This document shows positions 63,659 through 64,000 of a stretch of DNA of 64,000 nt, piece by piece (position 1 is the first letter of the stretch; each line of letters starts with the position of its first letter). The stretch covers positions 182,962,001 through 183,026,000 of the forward strand of contig OX597814.1 of NCBI GenBank assembly GCA_951406725.2. The letters run 5' to 3'. Both the position numbers and the translations under genes were made by a program. The notes under the pieces were generated by a model, which searched no databases, had not been told where the DNA came from, and saw only the letters and a program-made list of their open reading frames with translations. The DNA comes from Octopus vulgaris (taxonomy: Eukaryota).

Positions 63659-64000
63659 TCTATATATATAAAGCTGAAGTTGTCTGTGTGTGGTAAGTTT
63701 GGTAGTCTTCAACTAACACTATCCCCTCCGAGACCCTGCGGTGCAAGTTGACCAAAATTGAAAGTATGATAGAAGAATGCTTGCTCTTTATTCTGTAGAA
63801 GATAAAATTCAAATCGGACCATGTTAAGACCAAAAATTATTTACATCAAAAAGGTGCTTTTTTCTATGAAAATCCCTATTTTTTACGATTTTTTGACTGC
63901 TGTGTCGCCAGTTTTCGGTGTATTTCAACCAGAGAAATATTCACTTAAAGAGAATAACAAACTACATAATGCAAAAGTTTTACTTTTCAAAAATTCCAAT
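63659..64000 (+). mobile_element. probable non-autonomous Helitron-like element 5' end (runs off the window)
   Basis: Begins TCTATATATATAAAG followed by TGTCTGTGTGTG and ...AAATCGGACC, a pattern common at Helitron-like 5' ends; 3' hairpin not in window. Confidence 0.45.

Overview
AT-rich, microsatellite-dense eukaryotic intronic or intergenic DNA. The mix of tRNA-derived SINEs, (TA)n/(CA)n/(TACA)n/(TAA)n tracts, mariner/Tc1, LINE and Penelope relics looks like an octopus/coleoid cephalopod genome (inferred, not verified). No intact host gene is recognisable, and most ORF-track entries are microsatellite artefacts. Recognisable elements: a 5'-truncated CR1/L2-type LINE with an uninterrupted RT ORF (7261-8716), a broken Penelope-like element (RT + GIY-YIG, 46962-49378), Tc1 and mariner relics, Tx1/L1-like and R4/Dong-like LINE tails, and many SINE copies, some in head-to-tail multimers. 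The most striking signal is at least six sequence-distinct small non-coding elements, each built around a minimal type-I hammerhead ribozyme motif. Most sit in (TA)n tracts as inverted and/or tandem repeats. They include a ~364-bp retrozyme-like unit with a compensatory U3-A8 core variant (25448-26343) and a tRNA-promoter-headed hammerhead element duplicated head-to-head (23050-23653). All ribozyme calls come from manual base-pair inspection; none has been tested for activity.
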